From Bacteroidales bacterium (GTDB taxonomy: Bacteria > Bacteroidota > Bacteroidia > Bacteroidales > Marinilabiliaceae), in the NCBI GenBank assembly GCA_017960905.1, contig JAGCYH010000029.1, forward strand, positions 10,948-74,947: DNA of 64,000 bases. Direction: 5' to 3'. Position numbers and translations under genes: made by a program. The notes under the pieces were generated by a model that did not search any database, was not told the origin of the DNA, and saw nothing but the letters and a program-made list of their open reading frames with translations. Below are positions 25,728 through 35,257 of this stretch, piece by piece (the first letter of the stretch is position 1; every line of letters begins with the position of its first letter).

Positions 25728-28379
25728 ATGAGCGACGAGATAATCGACGACCAAGACGAGAGCTTGGAAAATATTGAAGATGAGAATATTGAGTCCGGCG
25801 CCGATGAACATGCGCCGATGTGGGACAGCGAACTCGTGAAGCACAGTGTGCTTCACGGAATGTATCGTTTGTGGTTTCTAGATTATGCGTCGTATGTTAT
25901 TTTGGAGCGTGCCGTGCCGCACCTCGACGACGGCTTGAAACCTGTGCAGCGCCGCGTGCTTCACGCCATGAACCGCCTCGAAGACGGCCGCTTCAACAAA
26001 GTGGCCAACATCATTGGCGCTACCATGAAGTTCCACCCTCATGGCGATGCCTCTATCGGCGATGCCTTGGTGGGTCTGGGGCAGAAAGAGCTGCTCATCG
26101 AAACGCAGGGAAACTGGGGCAATATACTCACTGGCGATGAGGCCGCCGCGCCTCGTTACATCGAGGCGCGTCTGTCGAAATTCGCCCTCGATGTGGCTTT
26201 CAGCCCCAAAGTTACGCAGTTTAAAATGAGCTACGACGGCCGCGACGAAGAGCCTGTCACTCTGCCTGTTAAGTATCCGCTCCTGCTTGCGCAGGGCGTC
26301 GAAGGCATCGCCGTCGGCTTGGCCTCGAAGATACTGCCGCACAACTTCAACGAGCTCATCGACGCCTCTATTCTTTACCTCAAAAACGAACCCTTCGAAC
26401 TCTATCCCGACTTCCCCACGGGTGGCACAATCGATGTGTCGAAGTACAACGACGGTGTGCGTGGCGGTGTGGTGCGTGTGAGAGCAAAGATAGAAAAACG
26501 TGATGCTAAAACGCTGGCTATCACCGAAATACCTTTCAGTAAAACAACCTCGTCGATTATCGACTCGATACTGAAAGTAAACGATAAGAAGATAAAAATC
26601 AAGAAGATAGACGACAATACCGCCGCCTCGGCCGAGATAATTCTGCAACTTCCGGCGGGCACGTCGCCCGACAAAACCATCGATGCGCTCTATGCGTTCA
26701 CCGACTGCGAGTTGTCCATTTCGCCCAACTCGTGCGTCATCTACGAGAACAAGCCGCACTTCATGGGCGTGTCGGAGATTCTGCGCCGCAATACCGACCG
26801 TACGGTCGGTATATTGCAGCAAGAGCTTCAGATACATCTCAACGAACTCGAACAACAGTGGCACATGCTCTCGCTCGAAAAAATATTCATCGAAGAGCGC
26901 ATTTACAAAGACAAGGAATACGAGCAAGCGCCCAATATCGATGCCGCCTGCGAGCACATCGACGAGCGCCTGACGCCGTATTATCCGATGTTCGTCCGCG
27001 CCGTAACGAAAGACGACATCATGCATCTCTTCGAGATAAAAATGGGCCGCATTCTCAAGTTTAACTCGCAAGCTGTCGACGAAAAACTCATTGCGCTCAA
27101 GGAGGAGATGGAGCAGGTGCGGTACAACATCGAACATATAATCGATTTTACAATCGATTACTTCAGACGCATCAAAAAGCAGTATGGAAAAGGCCGCGAA
27201 CGCAAGACCGAGATACGCTCGTTCGACAATATTGAGGCCACGAAGGTTGTGGTGAAAAACGAAAAACTCTATCTCAACCGCGAGGACGGTTTCATGGGTT
27301 ACGGCCTCAAAAAAGGCGACTACATTGCCGACTGCTCCGACATCGACGACGCCATAATCTTCTATGAGGACGGACGTTACGTGATTAAGAAAATCGAAGA
27401 CAAAGTCAACGTCGGCATGGGCGTGATACACATAGCGGTGTTCAAGAAGAACGACACACGCACGATTTACAACGCCGTCTATCTCGACGGCGAATCGGGC
27501 ATCTCATACGTGAAACGCTTCTCGGTGACGGGCATCACGCACGACCGCGAATACAACGTGACTATGGGTACGCCGAAGTCTAAAATACTCTATTTCAGCG
27601 CAAACCCCAATGGCGAAGGCGAGTTGCTCAAGGTGCTGCTCAAACCGAAGCTCAAACTGCGCAATGTGGTGTTCGACTACGACATGTCGAATCTTATGGT
27701 CAAAGGCCGCGCTTCGCGTGGTAATGTGCTCACTAAGAATGAAGTACATAAGGTGGTTCTGAAACGCAAAGGCGGCAGTACACTTGGCGGTCGCCAAGTG
27801 TGGTTCGAACCCGAAACGCTCCGTCTCAACGCCGACGGACGCGGCAACTTCCTCGGCGAGTTCAATTCCGACGACTACATTCTGGTCATTAAGAGCAATG
27901 GCGAAATAGAGACTTCGCCGTTCAAATTCGAACTCCATTTCGATGATAATTTCATCCGCATCGAGAAATTCGACGACACAAAAGTCTGGACTGCAGTCTA
28001 TTGGGACGGCGAACAGAAATACTACTACATAAAACGGTTCCGCATCGAGGCCGCCAACAAGCCGCAGTTGTTTATCAGCGAAGCTGATAAATCGCGTCTT
28101 GTCCTCGTGAGCGACGAGGACCATGCGCGCATACAAATCACCTACGGCGGCGCCGACAAGTGGCGCAACAAAGAGGAAATCGACGCTTTCGATTTCATTG
28201 GTGAAAAAGGCATTAAGGCCAAAGGCAAGCGCGTAACAACCTACGAAGTGCAGAAATTCGTTGAGCTTGAGCCGCTTATACCATCGGTGCGCAACCAGCC
28301 TCAGCCCGAAAACGAGGCAGATGAAACTGCCGCCGATGACGATAACGACGAACCTGTTCAACAGTCACTGTTCGACTAA
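25728..28379 (+). CDS. parC: DNA topoisomerase IV subunit A
   Basis: LDYASYVILERAVPHLDDGLKPVQRRVLHAM and HPHGDASI motifs. Its 883 aa fits the Bacteroidetes ParC-type N-terminus rather than GyrA. Confidence 0.85.
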   Translation: MSDEIIDDQDESLENIEDENIESGADEHAPMWDSELVKHSVLHGMYRLWFLDYASYVILERAVPHLDDGLKPVQRRVLHAMNRLEDGRFNKVANIIGATMKFHPHGDASIGDALVGLGQKELLIETQGNWGNILTGDEAAAPRYIEARLSKFALDVAFSPKVTQFKMSYDGRDEEPVTLPVKYPLLLAQGVEGIAVGLASKILPHNFNELIDASILYLKNEPFELYPDFPTGGTIDVSKYNDGVRGGVVRVRAKIEKRDAKTLAITEIPFSKTTSSIIDSILKVNDKKIKIKKIDDNTAASAEIILQLPAGTSPDKTIDALYAFTDCELSISPNSCVIYENKPHFMGVSEILRRNTDRTVGILQQELQIHLNELEQQWHMLSLEKIFIEERIYKDKEYEQAPNIDAACEHIDERLTPYYPMFVRAVTKDDIMHLFEIKMGRILKFNSQAVDEKLIALKEEMEQVRYNIEHIIDFTIDYFRRIKKQYGKGRERKTEIRSFDNIEATKVVVKNEKLYLNREDGFMGYGLKKGDYIADCSDIDDAIIFYEDGRYVIKKIEDKVNVGMGVIHIAVFKKNDTRTIYNAVYLDGESGISYVKRFSVTGITHDREYNVTMGTPKSKILYFSANPNGEGELLKVLLKPKLKLRNVVFDYDMSNLMVKGRASRGNVLTKNEVHKVVLKRKGGSTLGGRQVWFEPETLRLNADGRGNFLGEFNSDDYILVIKSNGEIETSPFKFELHFDDNFIRIEKFDDTKVWTAVYWDGEQKYYYIKRFRIEAANKPQLFISEADKSRLVLVSDEDHARIQITYGGADKWRNKEEIDAFDFIGEKGIKAKGKRVTTYEVQKFVELEPLIPSVRNQPQPENEADETAADDDNDEPVQQSLFD

Positions 28380-28398
28380 TTTGTTATAAATCAGGCCG

Positions 28399-29193
28399 AT
28401 GCTGAAAGATAAGGTTAGAGCGAAAAAGAATCTGGGTCAACATTTCCTTGTCGATTTGTCGATTGCTAAGCGCATCGTCGATGCGCTTAGCGACAACCAG
28501 CGCAACGCCGTGGAGATTGGCCCCGGTATGGGCGTGCTGACGCAATATCTTATTCAGCGCAAAACGCTGAATACTAAGTTTATAGAAATCGATGGCGAGT
28601 CGGTCGAATACCTTCGCAACCACTTTCCCGAGTGCAACGACCAGACGTTGCTCCAGGCCGATTTCCTACATCTTCGCCTCGACGAACTTTTCGCTGGCGA
28701 GAAGTTCAGCGTCATAGGTAATTTCCCATACAACATATCGAGTCAGATATTTTTTAAAATACTGGAATACAAAGACTTGGTTCCCGAGACGGTATGTATG
28801 CTTCAGCGCGAGGTGGCGCGCCGGTTGGCGTCGCCACCCGGCAATAAGGACTATGGCATTCTGAGTGTCTTCCTGCAAGCCTACTACGATATAGAGTACC
28901 TTTTCACCGTCGATGAGGGTGTGTTCAATCCGCCGCCCAAGGTGAAGAGCGGCGTCATACGTCTCACGCGCAACTCCGTTGCCAAACTCGATTGCGACGA
29001 GCAACTGTTCCGCACCGTGGTAAAATCGACCTTCAACCAGCGCCGCAAGACGCTATGGAACAGCGTCCGCACAATACAATTCGACCACGAGCAAATCCGC
29101 AATCACCCCTTTATGAAGCTCCGCCCCGAACAATTGAGCGTAGCTCAATTCGTCGAACTGACAAATGTCATTGAGCAAATACAGAAACAATAG
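28399..29193 (+). CDS. rsmA: 16S rRNA (adenine1518-N6/adenine1519-N6)-dimethyltransferase
   Basis: KKNLGQHFLVD start, SAM motif VEIGPGMGVLT, and the NFPYNISS motif. Confidence 0.92.
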   Translation: MLKDKVRAKKNLGQHFLVDLSIAKRIVDALSDNQRNAVEIGPGMGVLTQYLIQRKTLNTKFIEIDGESVEYLRNHFPECNDQTLLQADFLHLRLDELFAGEKFSVIGNFPYNISSQIFFKILEYKDLVPETVCMLQREVARRLASPPGNKDYGILSVFLQAYYDIEYLFTVDEGVFNPPPKVKSGVIRLTRNSVAKLDCDEQLFRTVVKSTFNQRRKTLWNSVRTIQFDHEQIRNHPFMKLRPEQLSVAQFVELTNVIEQIQKQ

Positions 29194-29235
29194 TTTTTAA
29201 ATGTAACTTATTTATTCTCAATGTTTTAGTATTGA

Positions 29236-29383
29236 GAATTGAAGTTTTTGTAAACAAGAATTGAACATTTTGTGAAAGAGAATTGAACATTTTGCAAAAG
29301 AGATTTGAAGATTTTGTAAGCAAGAATTGAACATTTTGTATAAAAGAATTGAAGATTTTGTAATGTAGAATTGAACATTTTGT
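29236..29383 (+). repeat. 7 x 22-bp exactly phased tandem repeat upstream of second DUF4143 ATPase gene
   Basis: A 16-mer, GAATTGAACATTTTGT or a close variant, starts at 29236, 29258, 29280, 29302, 29324, 29346 and 29368. Each copy is followed by a variable 6-mer. Confidence 0.95.
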
Positions 29384-29390
29384 ATATTTG
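29383..29390 (+). promoter_or_regulatory. -7 box TAtaTTTG upstream of second DUF4143 ATPase
   Basis: Matches TAnnTTTG, 24 nt before the ATG. It sits between the last 22-bp repeat and the palindrome. Confidence 0.45.
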
Positions 29391-29412
29391 CAGCAATTAT
29401 AATTGCTGCAAA
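29387..29412. promoter_or_regulatory. perfect 26-bp palindrome (candidate operator) ending 1 nt before the ATPase ATG
   Basis: TTTGCAGCAATTA|TAATTGCTGCAAA; I verified the reverse complement by hand. It overlaps the 3' end of the TAtaTTTG -7 box at 29383..29390. Confidence 0.7.
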
Positions 29413-29413
29413 T

Positions 29414-30604
29414 ATGTATAACTATGTTCGAAGTATAAATCAAGATGTGCTCGGTCGTATCAACGAACCTCGGCGTTTTATTCAGGTTATTGCAGGTCCG
29501 CGTCAGGTGGGCAAATCAACTATGGTGCATCAGGTGCTTTCTCAAGTGAAAATACCGTATCTGTCGGAGAATGCCGATGCTGTAGATGCTGCCGATTCTG
29601 ATTGGATTCGCCGTGTCTGGAACACGGCTCGTAATAAGATGCTTGTGCTCAATTTGAGCGAATTTTTGCTCGTTATCGACGAGATACAAAAAATACGTAA
29701 TTGGAGTGAGGTCGTCAAGCGCGAATGGGATGCAGACTCTCTTAATGGTGTGAATATCAAGGTGATATTATTGGGTAGCTCACGCCTTATGTTGCGAAAA
29801 GGTCTTACAGAATCGCTTGCCGGGCGTTTTGAGCTGATACGCATGAGCCATTGGAGCTATCAAGAAATGCGTGATGCCTTCGGCTTCACGCTCGATCAGT
29901 ATATTTATTTCGGCGGTTATCCTGGTGCTGCGCCATTCATTAGTAATGAGAAACGCTGGCGGCGTTACATTAAGGACGCACTCGTCGCGCCAGCTATTGG
30001 TAAGGATGTTATATTAACATCGAATATCTATAAGCCTGCGCTTATGCAGCAGGTTTTTGAAATTGGTTGCTCGTATTCGGCTCAGTTGCTGTCGCTTACG
30101 AAGATTGTTGGGCAGTTGCAGGATGTTGGCAACGCCACCACTGTTGCGCATTATATTTCGCTACTCAATCAAAGCGAATTGCTTACGGGTTTGCAGAAAT
30201 ACGTCTTCGATGAGGCTCGCAAGTACAACTCTGTGCCGAAGTTCCAAGTGTACAATAATGCCTTGCTGACTGCTTACCGAGGGAAAAATTACGAAACTGA
30301 CCGCACTAATCCTGATGTTTGGGGCAGGTGGGTTGAGTCGGCTGTTGGCGCACATCTTGTGTGCCGTGCCAACGAGCTCGACTACAGAGTGTTATATTGG
30401 CGCGAACGTAACGATGAGGTCGATTTCATAGTTTATGGTCAGGGCAAATGCATATCTATTGAGGTAAAAAGTGGCCGTCACGCAAAAAATAAAGGTATGA
30501 AGTTATTTCATGATTTATATCAGCCGCAGATGGAATTTATTGTAGGCACAACTGGAATGCCGGTCGAAGAGTTTTTGTTAACTGATTTGGAACACTTTTT
30601 CTGA
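29414..30604 (+). CDS. AAA+ ATPase with C-terminal DUF4143 / PD-(D/E)xK-like domain (COG1373 type)
   Basis: Walker A GPRQVGKST, Walker B LLVIDEIQKI, and C-terminal EVDFIVYG..CISIEVKSG. Confidence 0.8.
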   Translation: MYNYVRSINQDVLGRINEPRRFIQVIAGPRQVGKSTMVHQVLSQVKIPYLSENADAVDAADSDWIRRVWNTARNKMLVLNLSEFLLVIDEIQKIRNWSEVVKREWDADSLNGVNIKVILLGSSRLMLRKGLTESLAGRFELIRMSHWSYQEMRDAFGFTLDQYIYFGGYPGAAPFISNEKRWRRYIKDALVAPAIGKDVILTSNIYKPALMQQVFEIGCSYSAQLLSLTKIVGQLQDVGNATTVAHYISLLNQSELLTGLQKYVFDEARKYNSVPKFQVYNNALLTAYRGKNYETDRTNPDVWGRWVESAVGAHLVCRANELDYRVLYWRERNDEVDFIVYGQGKCISIEVKSGRHAKNKGMKLFHDLYQPQMEFIVGTTGMPVEEFLLTDLEHFF

Positions 30605-30660
30605 TTCTGCTAATAGATTGTGTGTTTATAAATATCTGTATAAACGATACATAGCTATAT

Positions 30661-30808
30661 TGATAGAAGATTTTGTAACCGAGATTTGAAGATTTTGTAA
30701 AAAATATTTGAACATTTTGTAAGAGAGAATTGAACATTTTGTAAGAGAGATTTGAACATTTTGTAAAAGTCATTTGAGTATTTTGCGAAAACAAATTGAA
30801 CAAAAAAA
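30661..30808 (+). repeat. 7 x 22-bp phased tandem repeat downstream of the same ATPase gene (same word, same orientation)
   Basis: Units start at 30661, 30683, 30705, 30727, 30749, 30771 and 30793, e.g. GATTTGAAGATTTTGT, GAATTGAACATTTTGT, GATTTGAACATTTTGT. The outermost units are degenerate. Confidence 0.9.
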
Positions 30809-30843
30809 AGCGGCAAAACGCAGATGCGTTTCCACCGCTTTTT
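30802..30843. terminator. bidirectional terminator between ATPase cassette and M16 peptidase gene
   Basis: A-run, an interrupted hairpin GCGG..AAACGCA-GA-TGCGTTT..CCGC, then a T-run. Confidence 0.6.
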
Positions 30844-30871
30844 GAAAAATTTGTGAATTTACCCTTTTATA

Positions 30872-33649
30872 TCAATTTTCTGGGTTCATAGTTACAGTCA
30901 GACGGGCTCCATTGCAAATTATTTGTGCTATTTTTTTGATGTCCTCGTCGCCGATTTCGTCAACTTGTTTGTCGAAGTCGGTGTATTCGTCTATGTCATA
31001 GATCGTTTTGCGAGTGAGTAGCGAGAGCCACATTCTGTTTTGTTGCAGTTGGTCTTTGCGCGATTTGTGCATATTTTCTTTTATTTTGGCCAAGTCTGCA
31101 GCGATTGGTCCTTCGTCGGCAACCTTCTTAAGCTCGCGCCCGATTATGGGCGCGAGGTCTTCGTAGCGGTTTGGATCGGTGTCGAATTGCATGAAGAGCT
31201 GGTACATGCCCTCCACGTTGTCGATTGCACCGCCACAGCCGACACCATAGGTGCCGCCTTCGTCTTCGCGCATGGTCTCGAGGTATCTGAGGTTTAGCAG
31301 CTCGCTCAACATTTTGAGTGTCAGTTCTGTAGTGCGGCTGTAGGCCATATCGCCCGAGTAATATACTATGCTCGAGGTCTTCTTGGTTGTCATCTCGTGC
31401 TCGAAGATTTTAGTGAAGTCGTTGTGGTACTTCGAGTTACGGAAGATGTAGTTTTCGCGTTTGTCGGTGGTCGGCAGACCACCGAGCCATGTGAGCACAA
31501 GCGGTTTTATTGTCTCTTTGTCGAAGTCGCCAACGATAAAGAACTGGAAGTCAGCGGCATTGCTGAATCTGTCAGCGTAGATTTCGAGAGACTTCTCGAA
31601 ATCTACTTTATCGATGTTGTCCAGTCTGACCATCGGGAGATAAGGGTTTCCGCCGCGTATGATGTAGTTAACCGTGTCGGAGAACGATGCGTCGGGGCTG
31701 CTTGCGCGGGTTATCAGCTGCGACTTCATTCGGTTCATGTAGGCGTCGAATGCGTTGCGGTCTTCGCGAGGCTTGCCGAACGAAAGATACGTCAGTTGCA
31801 GCATTGTTTCAATGTCTTTCGTGTTGCTTTGTCCCGACAAATTCTCGCTGTACAGTCTGATGTTCGAGCTTACCGATGCCGATTTTCCAGTCAGTACTTT
31901 CCGCAGTTCGGTAGCGCTGTATTCGCCTTTGCCGTACTCGGGTATCAGTCCGTTGATAGCAGTTGCCGTTACGGCGTATTCGGGCGCCATGCGCGAGTAG
32001 CCGCCCAGGCTGAATCCTTGCATTACAACTTCATTGTCGGCGTAGTTGGTGGGCAATACGAACACTCTTACGCCATTGCTCAAGAGCCATTCATCGGCGC
32101 CCCAGAGAGCGTTCTCGGTAGTCTTGACGAGAGTGCCGGCTTGTGGCGCTTGCGCCACAAGCGGTTTGTTGTAGTCGAATTCTTCGTAAGCTGCCAACTC
32201 TTTGTCTTTCACGCTGTTGTATTCTGCCAGCATCTCGGCGTCGGTCGGAATGGGTTCGTCGGTTGGTGCCGAAGCTCGCAATATGGCTTTGGGCTGCATT
32301 AGGTTCTGTACCAGAGCGTTGGTCATTTGAGTGTTGATTTGCGGCATTATTTTTTGCACCAAATCGTAGTCGAATTCAATTGAAGTAATGGTCTCGTCTT
32401 CGAGGAAGTTGTAGATGTAGTCCTGAAACTCGTCGGTCTGGCGTTTGGCGCGTGCGTTGAAGCGATTTTCGTACGATTTCAGAGTATTCGTCTGCGCTCT
32501 TTCAAGTTCGCTTTCGGTTATGCCGTAGCGTCTGAGTTTCTCAGCCTCATCGAGCAAAAGCGTGTAAGCCTCTTTGGCCATGCCTTTTTTGGCCGTAACC
32601 GAAATGGTGAACACGTCTTTCGTCTTTATTTCGTTGCCATAGTAGCATTGTCCGTTCATGATTGGCGAGTCGGCTTTTTTCACAATGTCGTTGAAGCGTT
32701 CTCTCATGCTTTGCGAGATTGTGTTAACTGCCAGTTGCGTAGCAAAGTAAGCCGCTGTGTTTCTGACTTCTGCGGGTGCGCGGTCGATGCGGAATTGAAT
32801 CTCGAAGCTTGTCGATGTGAGTTCTTTATCGGTAACCACCGAGGTGATTATCTCTGTGTTGTTGTCGATGGTGTAAATCACGCGTTCCGCGGGATTTTCC
32901 TGAGCGGGAATGTCCTCCCACAGTTTTTCGATTTTCTCGGCCACCTTATTGGCGTCAACGTCGCCAATGACGATAATGCCTTGCAAATCAGGTCTGTACC
33001 ATTTATGATAATATGCTCGCAACTCGTCGTATTTGAAGTTGTTGATTACGGCCGTATCGCCTATCACGTCGCGTTTGGCGTACTGCGAGCCGGGCATCGT
33101 GTTGCGGATGTGTTTGAAGTAAGTGCGTCGCGACGCGCTGCTGCTTGTGCGCCACTCTTCGCGTATCACACCGCGTTCTTTGTCTATTTCGGCGCTCTCG
33201 AGCGATATGAAGCCCGACCAGTCGTGAAGTATCAGCAGCGCGCTGTCAATCACGCTTTCGCGTGTTGTGGGCACGTTGTGGAAGTGATACACAGTCTCGT
33301 CGATCGAGGTATATGCATTGAGTTCCGAACCGAATCGACAACCGACTGACTGTAAGTAGTTTATGATTCCCTTGTCGGGGAAGTTCTTGGTGCCGTTGAA
33401 GGCCATGTGTTCAAGGAAGTGGGCCAAACCGTTCTGGTTGTCCTCTTCGAGAATCGCGCCTACTTTCTGAGCTATGTAGAAGTCGGCTCTGTCCTTCGGA
33501 TATTCGTTGTGGCGTATGATGTAAGTCAGTCCGTTTGGTAATTTGCCCGTTACAATTTCGGGGTCCTGAGGCAATTGCTGCGCATTTGCGTCAAAAAGCA
33601 ACCCATTGACTATCAGTGCGATTGCTGCTAATGTTGTTCTTGCTTTCAT
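30872..33649 (-). CDS. M16-family (insulinase-like) zinc peptidase
   Basis: The ATG at 33649 gives signal peptide MKARTTLAAIALIVNGLLFDANAQ. HxxEH zinc motif HFLEHMAFNG. The track ORF runs on to 34327, but that extension overlaps the GT2 gene and lacks protein-like features. Confidence 0.85.
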   Translation of the reverse strand: MKARTTLAAIALIVNGLLFDANAQQLPQDPEIVTGKLPNGLTYIIRHNEYPKDRADFYIAQKVGAILEEDNQNGLAHFLEHMAFNGTKNFPDKGIINYLQSVGCRFGSELNAYTSIDETVYHFHNVPTTRESVIDSALLILHDWSGFISLESAEIDKERGVIREEWRTSSSASRRTYFKHIRNTMPGSQYAKRDVIGDTAVINNFKYDELRAYYHKWYRPDLQGIIVIGDVDANKVAEKIEKLWEDIPAQENPAERVIYTIDNNTEIITSVVTDKELTSTSFEIQFRIDRAPAEVRNTAAYFATQLAVNTISQSMRERFNDIVKKADSPIMNGQCYYGNEIKTKDVFTISVTAKKGMAKEAYTLLLDEAEKLRRYGITESELERAQTNTLKSYENRFNARAKRQTDEFQDYIYNFLEDETITSIEFDYDLVQKIMPQINTQMTNALVQNLMQPKAILRASAPTDEPIPTDAEMLAEYNSVKDKELAAYEEFDYNKPLVAQAPQAGTLVKTTENALWGADEWLLSNGVRVFVLPTNYADNEVVMQGFSLGGYSRMAPEYAVTATAINGLIPEYGKGEYSATELRKVLTGKSASVSSNIRLYSENLSGQSNTKDIETMLQLTYLSFGKPREDRNAFDAYMNRMKSQLITRASSPDASFSDTVNYIIRGGNPYLPMVRLDNIDKVDFEKSLEIYADRFSNAADFQFFIVGDFDKETIKPLVLTWLGGLPTTDKRENYIFRNSKYHNDFTKIFEHEMTTKKTSSIVYYSGDMAYSRTTELTLKMLSELLNLRYLETMREDEGGTYGVGCGGAIDNVEGMYQLFMQFDTDPNRYEDLAPIIGRELKKVADEGPIAADLAKIKENMHKSRKDQLQQNRMWLSLLTRKTIYDIDEYTDFDKQVDEIGDEDIKKIAQIICNGARLTVTMNPEN

Positions 33650-33705
33650 TTTAATATTCTTTTGATTAAGTTTCTGCGAATATACATTCTTTTTTTGGAA
33701 CATAA

Positions 33706-34908
33706 TCACTCCGCATCGACTTTTTTCGTTTTCCTTCTGAAAAGTTTGCAAATGGATAAGATCGCGTACATCAGCAAGCCGGCTGCAAGGCCTGCTACGC
33801 AGGCCAGCAGCATACTGCCTATTAGGTATTGCGCCAGACTTCCGAATGCAGCCTCTACTGTGATGTTGCCAAAGTCGGGCAATGCCGAGTTGCCCAGCAC
33901 GAGTCCGCCAGTCCACAAACTGCCATATACTATTATAGGTATCATTGGCGGTATGCTGATGTTCGAGAAGGCGAGGACAATTATTTTGTTGAGTTTCAGG
34001 AAATGCGCCAGCGTAACGCCCAGAATCATCTGGAAACCCCACGCCGGAACGATGCCCATGAAAACGCCAAAACCAGCCGAAATGGCTAATGTTGAGGTAC
34101 TTTCGTGTGTGTGGGTGAGGTTCCTTCTGAAAAAATCGGCCACTTTGCGCGGACTGAAGATGAACTTCAGGAAACATTTCGGATAATAGTAGAGCAGAGC
34201 CAATGTTACGAGCACTGTGTTCAGCACGCTTATGCGTCCGAAGTCGCGTAGTGGCTTGAAGTGCGACACGCGGTCTTCGGGGTAGATGACCTTTATGGGT
34301 ATATTTGATATTTTCACGCCGCGCCACGCGCAGCGTACAATTATCTCTATTTCAAATTCATAACGTGGCGTTATGAATTTCATGTCTTTGATGTGTTCGA
34401 GAGGGTAGAGTCGGAATCCGCTTTGTGTGTCGTCGAGGGTAATCCACGTCTCCACTTTGAACCAGAAGTTTGAGAATTTGTTGGCGAAGGTATTTTTGTT
34501 GGGCATGCCGTCGGCTTGCAGGTTGCGCGCGCCAATGATGAGCGAGTCGGGGCTTTTCTCAATCGCCTCTACAAAACCGGGTATGTCGTCGGCGAAGTGC
34601 TGCCCGTCGGCGTCGAGGGTGATGGCGTATCGGTATCCCATTTCGCAGGCTTTGCGAAGCGCTGTTTTCAGCGCGAAGCCTTTGCCGCGGTTCTGTCCGT
34701 CGGCGTATTCTATCAGAGTTATGTCGGTGCGGTTGGTGAGCAGGTCGTGGGTTGCGTCGGTCGAACCGTCGTTAACAACCATTATGTCAGCGCAATACGG
34801 CTGAACGCTGGCGATAACTTTAGTTATCGTCTGCGCGTTGTTGTACGTTGGTATTATTACCGTGCAATTCAGTTGCTTGAGCTGTTCCTGACACTCTTCC
34901 TGCCGCAT
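33706..34908 (-). CDS. family 2 glycosyltransferase fused to a DUF2062 membrane domain
   Basis: GT2 N-terminus TVIIPTYNN..., and DGSTD and TLDADGQ (DxD) motifs. C-terminal ~170 aa with TM helices (GFGVFMGIVPAWGFQMILGV) typical of DUF2062. Confidence 0.8.
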   Translation of the reverse strand: MRQEECQEQLKQLNCTVIIPTYNNAQTITKVIASVQPYCADIMVVNDGSTDATHDLLTNRTDITLIEYADGQNRGKGFALKTALRKACEMGYRYAITLDADGQHFADDIPGFVEAIEKSPDSLIIGARNLQADGMPNKNTFANKFSNFWFKVETWITLDDTQSGFRLYPLEHIKDMKFITPRYEFEIEIIVRCAWRGVKISNIPIKVIYPEDRVSHFKPLRDFGRISVLNTVLVTLALLYYYPKCFLKFIFSPRKVADFFRRNLTHTHESTSTLAISAGFGVFMGIVPAWGFQMILGVTLAHFLKLNKIIVLAFSNISIPPMIPIIVYGSLWTGGLVLGNSALPDFGNITVEAAFGSLAQYLIGSMLLACVAGLAAGLLMYAILSICKLFRRKTKKVDAE

Positions 34909-34912
34909 ATAA

Positions 34913-35257
34913 TCAGATTAGGCTGCCTTTAATGGTCAGCAGTGGCGTCCCTTCGTTGTCGGATATCTCGCCCTTGAGCGTAAGGGCTTCATCTACCGAT
35001 AGTTTTACGGTCAGTGTTTTGCCGTCGGGAATTATTACGTTGTGGTATTTGCATTGCGAGATGTTTTCGAAACGCGTTTCGCGTTTCGTAATTTTCTCGG
35101 CGCACTGCCGCACTATCATCATCGACATCACGCCGGGCACCACCGGGTTCCCAGGGAAATGTCCTTCGAAAACAGGGTGCTTGCTGTTGATTTTTATGCT
35201 GAAAATGTGCAAATCGCCCTCTTGCGCGTAGCCTGTTATTTCAAAAAAGTCGTTCAT
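34913..35257 (-). CDS. FabZ/FabA-like hotdog-fold dehydratase
   Basis: 114 aa with the HFPGNPVVPGV active-site motif. Its start abuts the stop of the upstream LolA-like gene. Confidence 0.75.
   Translation of the reverse strand: MNDFFEITGYAQEGDLHIFSIKINSKHPVFEGHFPGNPVVPGVMSMMIVRQCAEKITKRETRFENISQCKYHNVIIPDGKTLTVKLSVDEALTLKGEISDNEGTPLLTIKGSLI

Noticed and set aside
25878-27431. 517-aa antisense ORF inside parC. Similar long shadow ORFs: 7214..8482, 16701..17540, 17777..18664, 39250..40458, 43639..45006, 58556..59830
   Set aside because: Each lies fully inside a strongly supported gene on the opposite strand. The translations are low-complexity (R/H/V-rich) with no motifs. This is the typical stop-poor antisense frame of GC-rich coding DNA.
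29168-29443. 91-aa minus-strand ORF (a similar 88-aa ORF lies at 30537..30803) with repetitive NSL.QNVQF..TK peptide
   Set aside because: It is simply the translation of the 22-bp tandem arrays. Its periodicity follows the DNA repeat, it has no start context, and it overlaps a promoter and terminator.
29236-30808. Possibility that the 22-bp arrays (and the 23-bp array at 19396..19530) are CRISPR arrays
   Set aside because: The variable segments between conserved words are only 6 nt (about 11 nt in the 23-bp array). The repeats are not palindromic, there are no cas genes, and the unit length is far below CRISPR repeat-plus-spacer size.
33650-34327. N-terminal 226-aa extension of the M16 peptidase ORF (track ORF 30872..34327)
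   Set aside because: The extension overlaps the well-supported GT2-DUF2062 gene in another frame. The internal ATG at 33649 gives a classical signal peptide.
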